Source of the DNA: Zootoca vivipara
Lineage: Eukaryota
DNA: 64,000 nucleotides
Reading direction: 5' to 3'
NCBI RefSeq assembly: GCF_963506605.1
Contig: NC_083277.1
Span: forward strand, 25,606,001-25,670,000
Positions 1 to 11,615 of the stretch are shown here, piece by piece. The position numbers were made by a program, and so were the translations under genes. The first letter of the stretch is position 1. Each line of letters opens with the position of its first letter. A model generated the notes under the pieces. It ran no database searches and had not been told where the DNA came from. It saw only the letters and a program-made list of their open reading frames with translations.

Positions 1-543
1 AGGGAAACAAGCTTCAGGAATTCCCTGTCCCCCAATTATCCACCATATAGTGCATTATAAGGCTCAAATCGAGTGCACCCTGCTGCTAGCGAATGCCATC
101 TGAAAGGGAGGTGGAGTCTCCACGCGCAATTGTGCCAAGAAGGAAACAATGGCATTTTCACGGGCAAGTTAAATGCCTGCGAAGATCAGTCCATCAGAAG
201 TAAGACTGTGCAAGGCAGCACCGGACTGAATTCCATCCAAGCCCACACACCCCTCTGTCTGCCCATCCCCTCCAGCTTGCTCGCCAAATCCTCTGCTGCA
301 CCGCATTCTTCTCCGGCTAACCCCTGCTCAGCACAAGCCATGCAAAAGCGATCAAGTGCAGCGACAGAACCGCAACTTTCAAACGGAATGACAACCACCG
401 GGGTGGGGTTGGAGGGGAAAGGGGGAAAGAGGGGAGCCCTGTGGACCCACACAGTATTTTTTATTTCACATTTCCAGAAACGCCCACCCATGCCTCCAAC
501 GAAAATAATCAAACAGGTATAGTAGCTCTGTAAAAGTGCTTAC

Positions 544-575
544 CGACTTTGGGCTCTTCTTAGGGGCTGGCAGTC
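544..575 (-). CDS. MAGI1: MAGI1 internal coding exon (32 nt), (G)LPAPKKSPKS, linker after PDZ2
   Basis: Minus strand TTTTTTCCCAG|GA CTG CCA GCC CCT AAG AAG AGC CCA AAG TCG|GTAAGC. Matches MAGI1 GLPVPKKSPKS; phase 1 start fits the previous exon. Confidence 0.92.
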
Positions 576-1999
576 CTGGGAAAAAATGGCAACAAGGAGG
601 GGGGAGGAAAAAAACAACAAACCATTAGCAGCATATAAATCTTTACCTTCCTTAGGGGTGGGGTGGGGGGAGAAATCCCTAGGTGTATCATCCGAACGTA
701 GCCATCTGCAGAGTTATGTCAGATTTTGCTCTAGCATCAGAGTTGCCAGTCTGTTCATATCGAATCAAAGCACAGCGTTGGAGGGGTCTTTTGGGGGGGG
801 GAGTCAGAGAGGGGAGGGGAAAGAGAGAGAGGAGAGAGGAGAGAGAGCTTGGAGAAGGGAGGAGATCTATCTGCATTAGCTATGCTGACTTGTGCTGCAG
901 CAGCCAGGAGGCTGGAGAAAGAAATTCACAGACCTCAGCGGCATGGGAAATTGAACACTTGGACAGAATCTCAAACGCTCCCCTGGATTAAGAGGGACTT
1001 AGCTCACAATTAAGCCAAGGATATTACCTTTTGACACGGCCGGCGTGTCAAATTTATCAGACCAATTGGAACGGTAATGCAGAAACACAAGATAGACAGG
1101 CAGATAAGATAGATGATCTGCTCCTACTTAAAAATAAAATAATGCAAGCCTTTTTTTTTCGGGGTGGGGGGGGATACTTTTCCCACCACAAGCTTAGGAA
1201 AGCAAAGCAGAAACAAGAGAACAAAGAAGGGTAAGGTTTATCTCTAAGAAGGGTCAGTTATAAATACAGATGCTCCTGGCAAACCCTTTAAGTTTGCTTC
1301 CAAGTCCAGTCTGCATGATTATAGGCAGCGATCACCATCAACTAGTTAGAGTGCAGCAGATTCACAATGAATGCAATGTTATTTTTGGATAGGGAGAGGT
1401 GAATGGATGGCCAGGGAGCAGAGGCAGGGAGAGATTTTTTTTCTTTCTTTCATTCTCCTGGGCATTAATGGTGATGAAAATGCAAATGAGAAAGCATTTA
1501 ATGCTGAGAGGGGAAAGCCTAGAGGAGATTTTACATTTTGGAGACAGACCCGGAACACTGCCGCATATTTCTCTGACAGTGGGGAAACTGGATAAAAGGA
1601 TTCTCCCAGTCCCTGCCACTGGCATTTTCTTTCTCTCCCTTTGGTAGCACAATGCCCCATTGGAAATGGAGTTCATGCTTAAGGGAAATGAGTCTTAATA
1701 AAGGAAGACAATGTCCCTAAGCAGATGTGAGAAGGTAAGAAACAAATTACTTTAGAAATCAGAGAAACGGGAACTGTGGAGCAAATAGCTAGAAGTGCTG
1801 TTTCAACTATATGTTAAAAACTGCAAAGCAACTCAACAGTGTGAAATCTGCTCCCATTTTTTTTTTTAAAAAAACACTCACATAACATTATGCTCTCTTT
1901 TCTTTCTATTGCTCCTTTAATGCATTGATGTGATAAATAGCTTCACTATCCAAAGCTACGCAGAGAATGAAGCATGTTGTGTGAATGAGAAACAACAAC

Positions 2000-2002
<3 letters not shown>

Positions 2003-2049
<47 letters not shown>
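2003..2049. repeat. (GT)n microsatellite
   Basis: Pure GT run. Confidence 0.95.
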
Positions 2050-2051
<2 letters not shown>

Positions 2052-2156
2052 GAATGGCTTCTGATGATGTGCAACATGATGTCAGATGTCCACAATAAAT
2101 TCATATTGACTTAATGGTATATAATGGATCTTTAGGATCAATTTGAAGTAGTCAGC

Positions 2157-2218
2157 TTGTGCTCCTGTATATCAGTGATTTCTAAAACCTGAGAAATCAC
2201 TGATATACAGGAGCACAA
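2157..2218. repeat. Perfect inverted repeat, 27-bp arms, 8-nt loop
   Basis: ttgtgctcctgtatatcagtgatttct-aaaacctg-agaaatcactgatatacaggagcacaa. Confidence 0.95.
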
Positions 2219-2979
2219 AGCTAGCCCATGATATCAAATACTTACTATATAGGAACCAAACTTGAGAAATGCTGAACTAGAATGGCCCTTTATACGCTGA
2301 TGCAGTTCTACTTAAAGCATTGTATTACATTGCAAATGTTCCATGTCTGGTATTAGCCAGTAACTGAGATATTTATCTATACATGGTCTTCCTTAAATAC
2401 AAGTGCCCCCCTGACAAAATTGGTACACCTTCAAGCTTAACACTGTCTAAACATCACCCAATAAGGGCTTCCTTTTGCCCCACCCTCCTCCAGCTCACAT
2501 GTTCATTTGTTTTATTTTATTTTTACTGGAGTGCACATGCAACAGATGAATCTGTTTGTTGGAGCCATGTTTTACTTAGAAAACCTGTCAAGGGCCCTTT
2601 CCACAAAGTAGGCAGCTAGAAGGAAAGCAAAGGTGGTGGCCCACAAAAAGGAGCAATCCAAAAACACAGGCAAAGAGTTTAAATATACACACTGAGAGGT
2701 TCAATTCTGCTGACAAGTCACTAGTGATGGACAGTCTACACACAACAGCTTCAGTTGATCAAAGCTGCAGATGACAATGCTAAGAATGACAGCATCCTTA
2801 AAATGGGCTGTTACCCATACTGCAGATGAAATGACTGAGGCTCATACAGAATGGGTTGCCTAAGTCCACCTGGGAAAGTTTGAGGCTGGAGGTAAAATCT
2901 GAACCAAATACATAGAAGTCCTGTGTCATACTCTTAGCCACTCCACTCCAATAGGTGCACATAACACACACACCCCTTC

Positions 2980-2980
<1 letters not shown>

Positions 2981-3030
<50 letters not shown>
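2981..3030. repeat. (CA)n microsatellite
   Basis: Pure CA run. Confidence 0.95.
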
Positions 3031-3032
<2 letters not shown>

Positions 3033-5029
3033 ACTTCACCTTATACCTCACAGTCCCAGCCAGGGCCTCCCTCATTATTATTTCCTAGTCAAGGGTGTTC
3101 TCAGTCCCTGCAACATTTTCAAGTCCACTTTGAGAGAGAAATTCTAGGATCGAAAAAACCTTTGGTTTGAGAAAAAGAGTCAAGGTTTTTTTGCTTTTAA
3201 AATGAAATGTAATTACACATGAGCCCTGTTGAGGAGGAGGGCAGAAAATTTAACTTCATGGATCTGTTATAATAACAATAGGTCTAAAAATGAGCTGGAA
3301 GGAGTATAGATTTGGGCATCATATATTGTTTTAGCTAGGAAGGCCTCTTGGCTTGCTTTAGACAAAAAAAGCACCTCAAAATTTATCTTATGTTACAAAA
3401 GGTACAAGTGAACTTTTTTTTAAAAAAAGAAGAAGCATACCACAAAACAGTACTGAGTGTATTGTAGATCTTAATCATGCCGACAAACAGGTCATTTCCT
3501 ACATAACAAGTTTCCATCATTTGGTGTATGTAAAGTTTCAAAGCTTCAACTTCTTACTTAGGTGGCAAGCCTATACCCCACTTACCTGGGGAATAAACGC
3601 CAATGAACTAAGTGGAACTGACTTTCTAAGGCCCCTACTCAGGTAGGTCCCTTCATAACACACCTCCATCACCTGCAAACCCTTCACACAGAAAATTTCA
3701 CAACCTCTCCACACAAAACACATGTGAAGACACTTTGGCACACTTCAAAAATGCATACAAACTGAAGAACACAGCTCTCTCTCCCTCTCCCCCCCCTCTC
3801 TCATATTGCCACCCCCACTTTCCCCTATCTACTGGACCACAAGCCTCCTCAGTCAACTATCTTTATTTTGGTAACATGCTCCTCATATGGCACTCACCTG
3901 CCTTTACTGAAATTGTTTAAATGAGAAATAAAAAAGTCATGCTTTTATGAACACACAGTTGATTTTCGCCAAAGAGGAAAGGTAATACTCTCAACAATTT
4001 CCTTGATTCCGCCCCCCCCCCAGGAAAATCTAAAACAGCAAAAAGGAAAAATAGACATTCTGGGTCAAAGATTAGATGGTTGGGACAAATCTAAGCCTTA
4101 AACCAGCTTGGCACCCTCCAAAATTGTTGGACTACTACTCCCGCCAGCTCTAGTCAAAATAGCCAATGGCCAGGAATGATGGGAGTTGTAGTTCAACAAT
4201 ATCAGGAGGGCACAAGTTTGTAGAAGGCTGCCTTTGGCTGTGTTTCCTTTTCAAAGCTTACCTTTCTGTTTCCAGGGTCATCTCAACCTGCTCTGAACCT
4301 ATGGGACAATGTGATACCTAACACAACTTCTAATAAAAAGTGTGTGAAGTGACTCATTGACGTGCTGCTTGCTTGTGAGAAAGCTTGCAGCTCTACAATG
4401 TGGGAACAATCCTTGTCTCCAAGAGTCTGTTCAACGTTAAGAGCTGACACACCAGGAAGCAGAACAGCTTCCCCCAACACTCCATTGGCACCTGAGCTGC
4501 CTTTATCTAAGCCAGCCTTCGCCAACATGCTTGGCACTAAGGTCTGCTGCCGTCCGAAATGAAACCCTATGTCCACCACACTTGCACAAGGAATTCTAGG
4601 AAAGCCAGCATAAGCCACTCACTATCTAGAGAGCTGGACCAGGATGCAGCAAAATTCAGTGCAAGTTCCATCTCTATAAGTTCCTCCCAGTTGCAGTTTC
4701 CCATATGTATAGAATTAGATTATCAGTGAATCTGATTAAAACTGTGAGGTGTGGTGTAAATTATAAATGCTTTCTACATATCATAAATAGTAACATTCTC
4801 CGAACGTTTTCATGCATTGGATAAATCCCAGAAGCAAGCAGGGTGCCTCAAGAGAGATGGGTGGCTTGCTCAAGAAAAAGTGGGCTCTTTACGAGGCGGT
4901 GCAAGACAAAATGGGGAGCACTGCAAGCACTTCAGGGTAAACTGGCAATCCAGACCAGGGGTGGGTGGGTGGGTACGGGGAAGTTTCAGGTCGGAATCTG
5001 CTGGAAGCAGAAGGAATGCCTCTCGACGG

Positions 5030-5087
5030 ATGATAGCATCCGAGTGGGATGATGGGGAATGATAGCATCCGAGTGGGATGATGGGGA
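5030..5087. repeat. Exact 29-bp tandem duplication
   Basis: atgatagcatccgagtgggatgatgggga x2. Confidence 0.95.
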
Positions 5088-5138
5088 GAGGGAGACCACC
5101 ATCTCTGAAAATTTAAGAACAATTGCCCACAGGGAGAT

Positions 5139-5184
5139 TGTGTGTGTGTGTGTGTGTGTGCGCGCGCACACACACACACACACA

Positions 5185-5219
<35 letters not shown>
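5139..5219. repeat. Compound (TG)11(CG)3(CA)n microsatellite, self-complementary
   Basis: Read directly from sequence. Confidence 0.95.
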
Positions 5220-7312
5220 CCAAACTGAAATGGTTGCCATTACAGGAAAACCACTGCAGCTATCCTTCTGAAACTTGGCAGAATTCATGCACTCAGAAGA
5301 GGTAACCTTGCCTGTAAATTTCACCCCCCAAATAAACACATTATGGAAGTTTTCTTTTCTCTCCTCCACCCCCAAAAAAGCAAGTTAAACTTTAAAGATG
5401 CCCAGCACAAAATCCCCTATTTTTCAGTAATTATGCAGGCTTTATTTAGTTTAGAGACATTTAGTATGCCTGTATTATTTCACACACTTCTGTCAAAAGC
5501 AGGAGGGGGAGTGATAGCCATTTTTGATATGGAGGGAGAAAATGAAGGAGAAATTGGGCAGACTATGACATGTCTTACTCTGAAACTGTTTGCCCAAGCA
5601 CCAAACCGGGGTACGATTAGAAGCTGGTTTAGACTCCTAATATTCTATAAACATGCATAGGTTCACCTTTTATAGAATTGTGTTCTCTCTCTCACACCCA
5701 CCCACCCACACATTTGGTCACTCATTTGGACAGAGTAATCTCAGCAATGAGATATTGCCAAATTAATTAATAATACTAATAATAAAATGGCAGCAAAGAA
5801 AAACTTTTGCATTTTTAAAATGAACAAGGGATTTGCTTATGGCACCAGCGTTATTAAATGTTAAAATGTAATAAACATGAATGACTGAAAAAAAAACCTT
5901 CCCTCTCAATGTTTGCCATTAATTCCAGCTGCCACCCCACCCCCCCCAATGAAAATAGCTGGGGGAAATTGATGGAAAATATACACAAGCTACTGCTTGG
6001 CATTTCAAGCGCCCATGAATCTTGCAAGGGTTTTGCTCTTTGCCAGAGTTTGTTTCAGAACAAGCAATAATTGACTTCTTACCAAAACAAGCTAACACAC
6101 ACGATTTGTATGAAAAACACACATATACAACACAGGCGGTTTGCATCCAGACAAATGTACCATCATAAGGAACAGCCTGGAGAAGACTTTCTTGTTAATA
6201 CTTGCCTATAGAGTGGTGCTTTCTAATTTAAAATCAGGGCATATTTACAATTGTAATTCTAGCTGCCAAGGACTGAGCCAGGAAATAAATGTGCCGCAAT
6301 CTGCACTGTGTATTCTCAACTGAAGGACAAGGAGCAGTACTACCAGCCAACAAGAAACCACAGCTGAGGATTTCCCTGTGCATTTGAAGATTGGCAGTAT
6401 TAACAGTGCCTTTCTTTAGCTGACTTCTATAGACACTGCTGTCCTTTATTAGGGTAGCAACGTGATGCCCTTCTGAAAATGCTGTGCTACCACTTCCATC
6501 AATCCCAGCAAGGAGGGCCAACGATCACAAATGATGGAAGCTGTCATCCAAAGACAATGGGAAAGCATCACACTTGCCCCTCCTCCTTTGTGTACTCTGC
6601 TTGAGCACATCCCTTAATCAAACATGCAGAAATAAATATGCAAAAGGTTGTATCTAACCAGGATCTACTCAAAGTAGACCCACTGAAATTAATGAGCCAC
6701 GTCCATTAACTGCAGGGGGTCTGTTCTGAGTAGGATTAGCATTGGATACAGCTCAAGGTTAACAACTGCATCGCCACCACGGCTGAAAGGGGGATAGGTT
6801 TCACGAACGAGTATTTTTAAGCTAATGAATGCCACGGATTAGAACTGTCTCTGCTGGGGTAACAAACAGAAACTCCCAGAGAAGATTTCATTAGCACGCA
6901 GCAAGAAGGTAACTTGCTGTAAATGTCATGCAGTGAAAGATGAGACTTGGCCTTCCCTTTGCCATCAGTCATTGTCTTTGGGGAATACAGCCATCTACCC
7001 AAGAAAACTTACTTTAGCATTTATACGGTATAGTAAGTTGGTCATCATCACTAAGTTTGGAGATTCTGACGTTCCTCCCCATTCTCTGATTTAACAGGGA
7101 TGCATGGCAAAATGTTCACTCTGGAGGGTGTTATAAATGTCCAGCTTGATAATGATTGCATGCATAGTGCACTAAGCTATCGCTCGTTGCAAGGTTGCGT
7201 TTGTCTCTCATCAAGGATAGCCTGAAACATGACCTGCAGGGGAGTGCTGTAGAAAATGAAAGTGCAGCAGGATCATTACACCCCAGAAAAGTGTAGCATG
7301 GCATGGCAAAAC

Positions 7313-7803
7313 TGAATAGGGAAACCTTTTTCACCCTCTCTCACAACACTAGAAGAGGAGGAGGAGGAGGAGTTTGGATTTGATATCCCGCTTTATCACT
7401 ACCCGAAGGAGTCTCAAAGCGGCTAACATTCTCCTTTCCCTTCCTCGCCCACAACAAACTCTCTGTGAGGTGAGTGAGGCTGAGAGACATCAGAGAAGTG
7501 TGACTAGCCCAAGGTCACCCAGCAGCTGCATGTGGAGGAGCGGGGAAGCGAACCCGGTTCCCCAGATTACGAGTCTACTGCTCTTAACTACTAGACCACA
7601 CTGGCTCACTAGAACTTGCGGACATTTAATGAAGCTGAATGATGGGGGATGCAGGGTAGAGAAAAGAAAGTTTTCTTCACACGGTGCATAAATAAAAAGT
7701 ATGGTGTTCACTCCCAAAGTTGGCAGTGTTGGCTACTAACTTGAATGGCTTTAAAAGAGGATTAGACAATTTCATGGTGGATAAGACTAGCCATGGCTAC
7801 TAG
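7313..7803 (+). mobile_element. Old CR1-type LINE 3' remnant, interrupted by a SINE
   Basis: Degenerate CR1 3' motifs (ctctctcacaacactagaa...aatgaagctgaat...ggctttaaaagaggattagacaatttcatg) rejoin across the SINE TSD. Confidence 0.6.
7355..7606 (-). mobile_element. tRNA-derived CORE-type squamate SINE (Squam3-like)
   Basis: Minus strand head gagccagtgtggtctagtagttaagagc with A/B-box-like motifs, CORE-like gggtgaccttgggctagtcac, (CTC)n tail. 8-bp TSD cactagaa at 7347-7354 and 7607-7614. Confidence 0.8.
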
Positions 7804-7890
7804 CTACCAAGTCAGCCCACTGCGTCCTTCTGGCTCAGGATTGTCAACATTGATTGGCAGTGGGCCTCCAACACTGGAGGAAGGAGTTCT

Positions 7891-8360
7891 AGTTACAGGT
7901 AGGTAGCCGTGTTGGTTTACCATAGTCGAAACAAAATAAAAAAATTCCTTCCAGTAGAATCTTAGAGACCAACTAAGTTTGTCATTGATATGAGCTTTCG
8001 GGTGCATGCACACTTCTTCAGATACACTGAAACAGAAGTCACCAGACCCTTATATATAGTGAGAGGCTGGGGAGGAGTATTACTCAGAAGGGTGGTGGGA
8101 ATGGGTGATTGGCTAATAGGTGTGGTAAACCTGTTGATGACTGTTAATGACTGCAATTGGTCTTACCTGCAGGAATAATGAACTTACATGTCTTACATGT
8201 ACTGGTATAATGAGATAAGAATCCAATGTCTCTATTCAGACCAGGTCTCTCCATGGTTTTAAGTTTGGTAATAAGTTGCAATTCAGCAACTTCTCTTTCC
8301 AGTCTATTTCTGAAATTCTTTTGTAATAAGACAGTTACTTTGAGATCTTGTATAGAATGT
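7891..8360 (-). mobile_element. Penelope-like retroelement 3' fragment (GIY-YIG C-terminus plus hammerhead-bearing terminal repeat)
   Basis: Minus strand 8359-8207 reads HSIQDLKVTVLLQKNFRNRLEREVAELQLITKLKTMERPGLNRDIGFLSHY (R-E..I...GLN pattern of PLE endonucleases). Flanked by imperfect duplication cactggaggaaggagt / cattggagaaggagt. Confidence 0.85.
7989..8025 (-). ncRNA. Minimal type I hammerhead ribozyme motif of the Penelope element
   Basis: 5'-gtatCTGAAGAagtgtgcatgcacccGAAAgctcata-3': CUGANGA and GAAA cores, near-palindromic stem II, palindromic AGCU stem III. Confidence 0.75.
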
Positions 8361-10730
8361 CATTGGAGAAGGAGTCTTTCCTATCCCTACCTGGAGATGC
8401 TAGGGACTGAAGTAGGGCTCGTGTATACAAAGCATGTGCTCCATCACTGAGCAATGGTCCTTTTGTAGTAGGAGAGAAGCATTAGGAAGAGATAGAGGTG
8501 GTTTGAGCATAAATAAATGGAGATATGAGTGAATCGAAATAGTGCCCTCTACTGGACGGGAAGTCACACAGCAAATAATTATAAACAGATCCAGCTCCTC
8601 ACAGAAAAAATAAAATAAAACAAAATAAAACATTCATTTTAGCTATCATTGTAATACGTTTAAGCTTACTTTCTTTACAAAAGGGAATTTATGCCCAAGA
8701 CTAATTTAATATTCCTATCAGTTAAAGGAATCGTGTGTATGCACAGGGTTCCTCCAAAAAGAAGGGAATAGAGCATTTAAATGAAACTAATTATCACTGA
8801 GATTATCATAAACATCTGAACCAAAACATTTCTCTCATTGTTCAGTGCTCTTAAAGCTGTGTTTGGGAGCAGCAGCTTCTACTTAGCAAATGACACTTTG
8901 GGAAAAAGGATAATCATGCGCTATTAAGCATTTCGTATGTAATACTTTTACTGTTTCATAATGACTTTGATGTTTTACTATATTACGGGGGGAAACTATC
9001 AGCTACAGAGTTTCTTGCTATATTAATAAATTCCCTTTGCACAACATTTGTGCTGCTTTGTGAACAGGGAATTTTTTATTGCTTTCTAAAATAGATGGTC
9101 AGTCTGGAGTTCCATGAATCATGCTGGCAGCTACCAATATAATAACCTAAAGTAATTAATAATCAAGCTCATTAACCAACGGAATTTTAAGACCTTCTTG
9201 AATCCTCCCTTTCCCTGATATTAATGCAAAATTATTAAAACCCTGAGAGCTCATGGACCTTTGCATTGGCAGACTTCAACATGAAAGGCAAACAGAGCTG
9301 GGGTGGTGATTCTATAGAAAGTTAGAAGACTGGGTACATTCCGAGCTAAGGGATACCTCCCTGCTTCCCTGGGTACCTGAAAAATGTCTATGTATTTTTA
9401 AAACAGGGGCATCCATCTTACTCTAGACAGACAACGGAAATGTAAAACAAATCTCTCACCCCGTGGCCAGGGAGCCACTGTAATCTCCCTGTGACTCAGG
9501 AAATGCACGTCAATATGTTTGACTTCCAAGTGCAAAACAGGGAGCTCTTAATTATTAACACTAATGGTCAATAATGCTCTTTGGTGGAGAAGGCAGGAGG
9601 ATACTAAACTAACTCTGCATAAAATGTTGCCAGCAGAATTTTAATAAAAGATTAGATGAATAAAGCCCCATTTCAAGGGCTTTGTGAAAGTCAAAATGAC
9701 TCCAGGCTTGGTACAAAATAAAAAGAGGGGGGAAAGAAGACAGAAAGTCTGGATGTATTGGGTATTTTTGGGGGGGGGGGATTTGATTGCTTGTGCAAGC
9801 AAGTACTTTTGAAGTGTGTTTTTAAAATAAAAAAATGTATACATCATAACTTATGAAGCACAGCTTTGTCAAGAGAATGCAGGTCCAGAGATGTAGGTCC
9901 AGATGCAAAACACACGCGCATGCAACTCGTTTTTGGTTCTAATTCTGCATTCAGTTATCCCAAGCCAGAGCTCAGAACTCCTCAAAGATATATAGCATCT
10001 TCAAGGTGTAGAATCAGTGGAGCTGAGCTGAAAGAATAATTCCTTGCAAATAATTCTTCATTGAAGGGCTAGTGATCACATGGAACAGGGAAATGGCTAT
10101 CTTTCCACCGTGCAGTTCATATTCAACAGGAAAAGACCAAGGTTATCAACATACGAGTTGGGAATCACCGTCTACTGACTTCAGCTGTATGCTTGGTGTC
10201 CTCTACATGCAAAAGACTTGTTCTACAACTATGCTGTGGCCTCTTTTTCCTCAATTAAAGAGACACTAGAAAAACAAAATTACCCCAGAATATATTATCA
10301 GCATTCAAAATACACCTCATCAGCTGCAGTGTGTGAAATCACAGGCTGCACAGCATCTTTGTGTCAATGCACATGCCGTCTTTTTATTAATTAATTAATT
10401 TATTTTATTTAGAATACCTAATTATATCCCATTTTATATCCCCAATAGGTTCTCAAAGGGGCTTCCCACAAATTCTCATAATACCCACTTTATAACTTTT
10501 ACTGATATCACATAAATAAAACAGAGGCCAAACTCTGTTTCCTGGGGTTCTCATTCATGTTATTATCAGGAGGCAACTCCAAAAGGGGAAAAATGAGAAG
10601 GGCAAATTAGCGACAGCGGTTCACCAATTAAACTGTATGAGATAAAACTTTGTTTTCAAAAATGGCCATGCTTCAGACAGCACACAAGGCCCTTCTTGGT
10701 TGTTTGCCTCTCTCTACCTATGGAATCCAG

Positions 10731-11087
10731 GACCCAGGTGGCGCTGTGGTTAAACCACTGAGCCTAGGGCTTGCTGATCAGAAGGTCGGCGGTTCGAATC
10801 CCTGTGACGGGGTGAGCTCCCGTTGCTTGGTCCCAGCTCCTGCCAACCTAGCAGTTCGAAAGCACATCAAAATGCAAGTAGATAAATAGGAACCGCTACA
10901 GCGGGAAGGTAAACGGCGTTTCCATGTGCTGCTCTGGTTTGCCAGAAGCGGCTTTGTCATGCTGGCCACATGACCTGGAAGCTGTACGCCGGCTCCCTCG
11001 GCCAATAATGCGAGATGAGCGCGCAACCCCAGAGTCGGTCACGACTGGACCTAATGGTCAGGGGTCCCTTTACCTTACCTTTACCTT
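10731..11087 (+). mobile_element. Sauria SINE, full length
   Basis: ggtggcgctgtggttaaacc...ggttcgaatcc head, cagttcgaaagcac, RTE-type tail ending (ACCTTT)n. 16-bp TSD tacctatggaatccag at 10715-10730 and 11088-11103. Confidence 0.93.
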
Positions 11088-11615
11088 TACCTATGGAATC
11101 CAGTTATTTCTTGCTTATGAAAAGCCTTCCTCAACCTGGTGCCCTTCAGGTGTTTTGGACTCATAGCTCCCATCATCCCTGGCCATTGCTTATGCTTATC
11201 TGCAGGGACCAGACTGAGGATAAAGCCTCAGAACATGGAGTTGCAATCCACCTATTATGGCTGATTGCTAATAGGTATCCGTGCTCCATTAATTTGATTA
11301 ATTGGGGAGGGGGGATCTTCTTTAAAAAGGCATTGAAGCTAACTACATCTTATGATGCTGAACACAATACATTATGTGTTGTAATAAGTGGGATTGTCTT
11401 GCCTGACCTCCATCTGTGGCCAGTCTGTTCAACAGGTAATCCCCAAGAGGGAGGGAGGGAGAGAGAAAAATTTCTCCCACTTTTCACAAAGCCACAATAT
11501 CAGCTTAAAGCTCGGGCGCGGCATTAACAGAAAGATGGGCAACCTGTGGCTCCTCAGATGCTGTTGGACACCAACTCCCATCAGCCCCAGCCAGCACGGC
11601 CAAAGGTTAGGATGG

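Larger units (their letters stand above)
7805..8460 (-). mobile_element. Old tRNA-derived SINE split by the Penelope insertion
   Basis: Head at 8365-8460 (minus: ccattgctcagtgatggagcacatgctttg...gtccctagcatctccaggtagg) and tail part at 7805-7890. A similar degraded copy lies at about 23170-23320. Confidence 0.5.

Noticed and set aside
73-522. 149-aa plus-strand ORF (and 108-aa minus ORF 186-512)
   Set aside because: No recognisable domain, non-ATG start, no match to the expected next MAGI1 exon (QPLERKDSQ...).
647-705. 59-nt AG..GT-bounded segment as a coding cassette exon
   Set aside because: Length is not frame-preserving between phase-1 neighbours and the peptide resembles nothing I recognise; kept only as a possible first-exon donor.
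4257-4618. Strong donor AAG|GTAAGC with upstream ORF as an extra exon
   Set aside because: The frame needed to join the 32-nt exon has a TGA six codons upstream of the donor.
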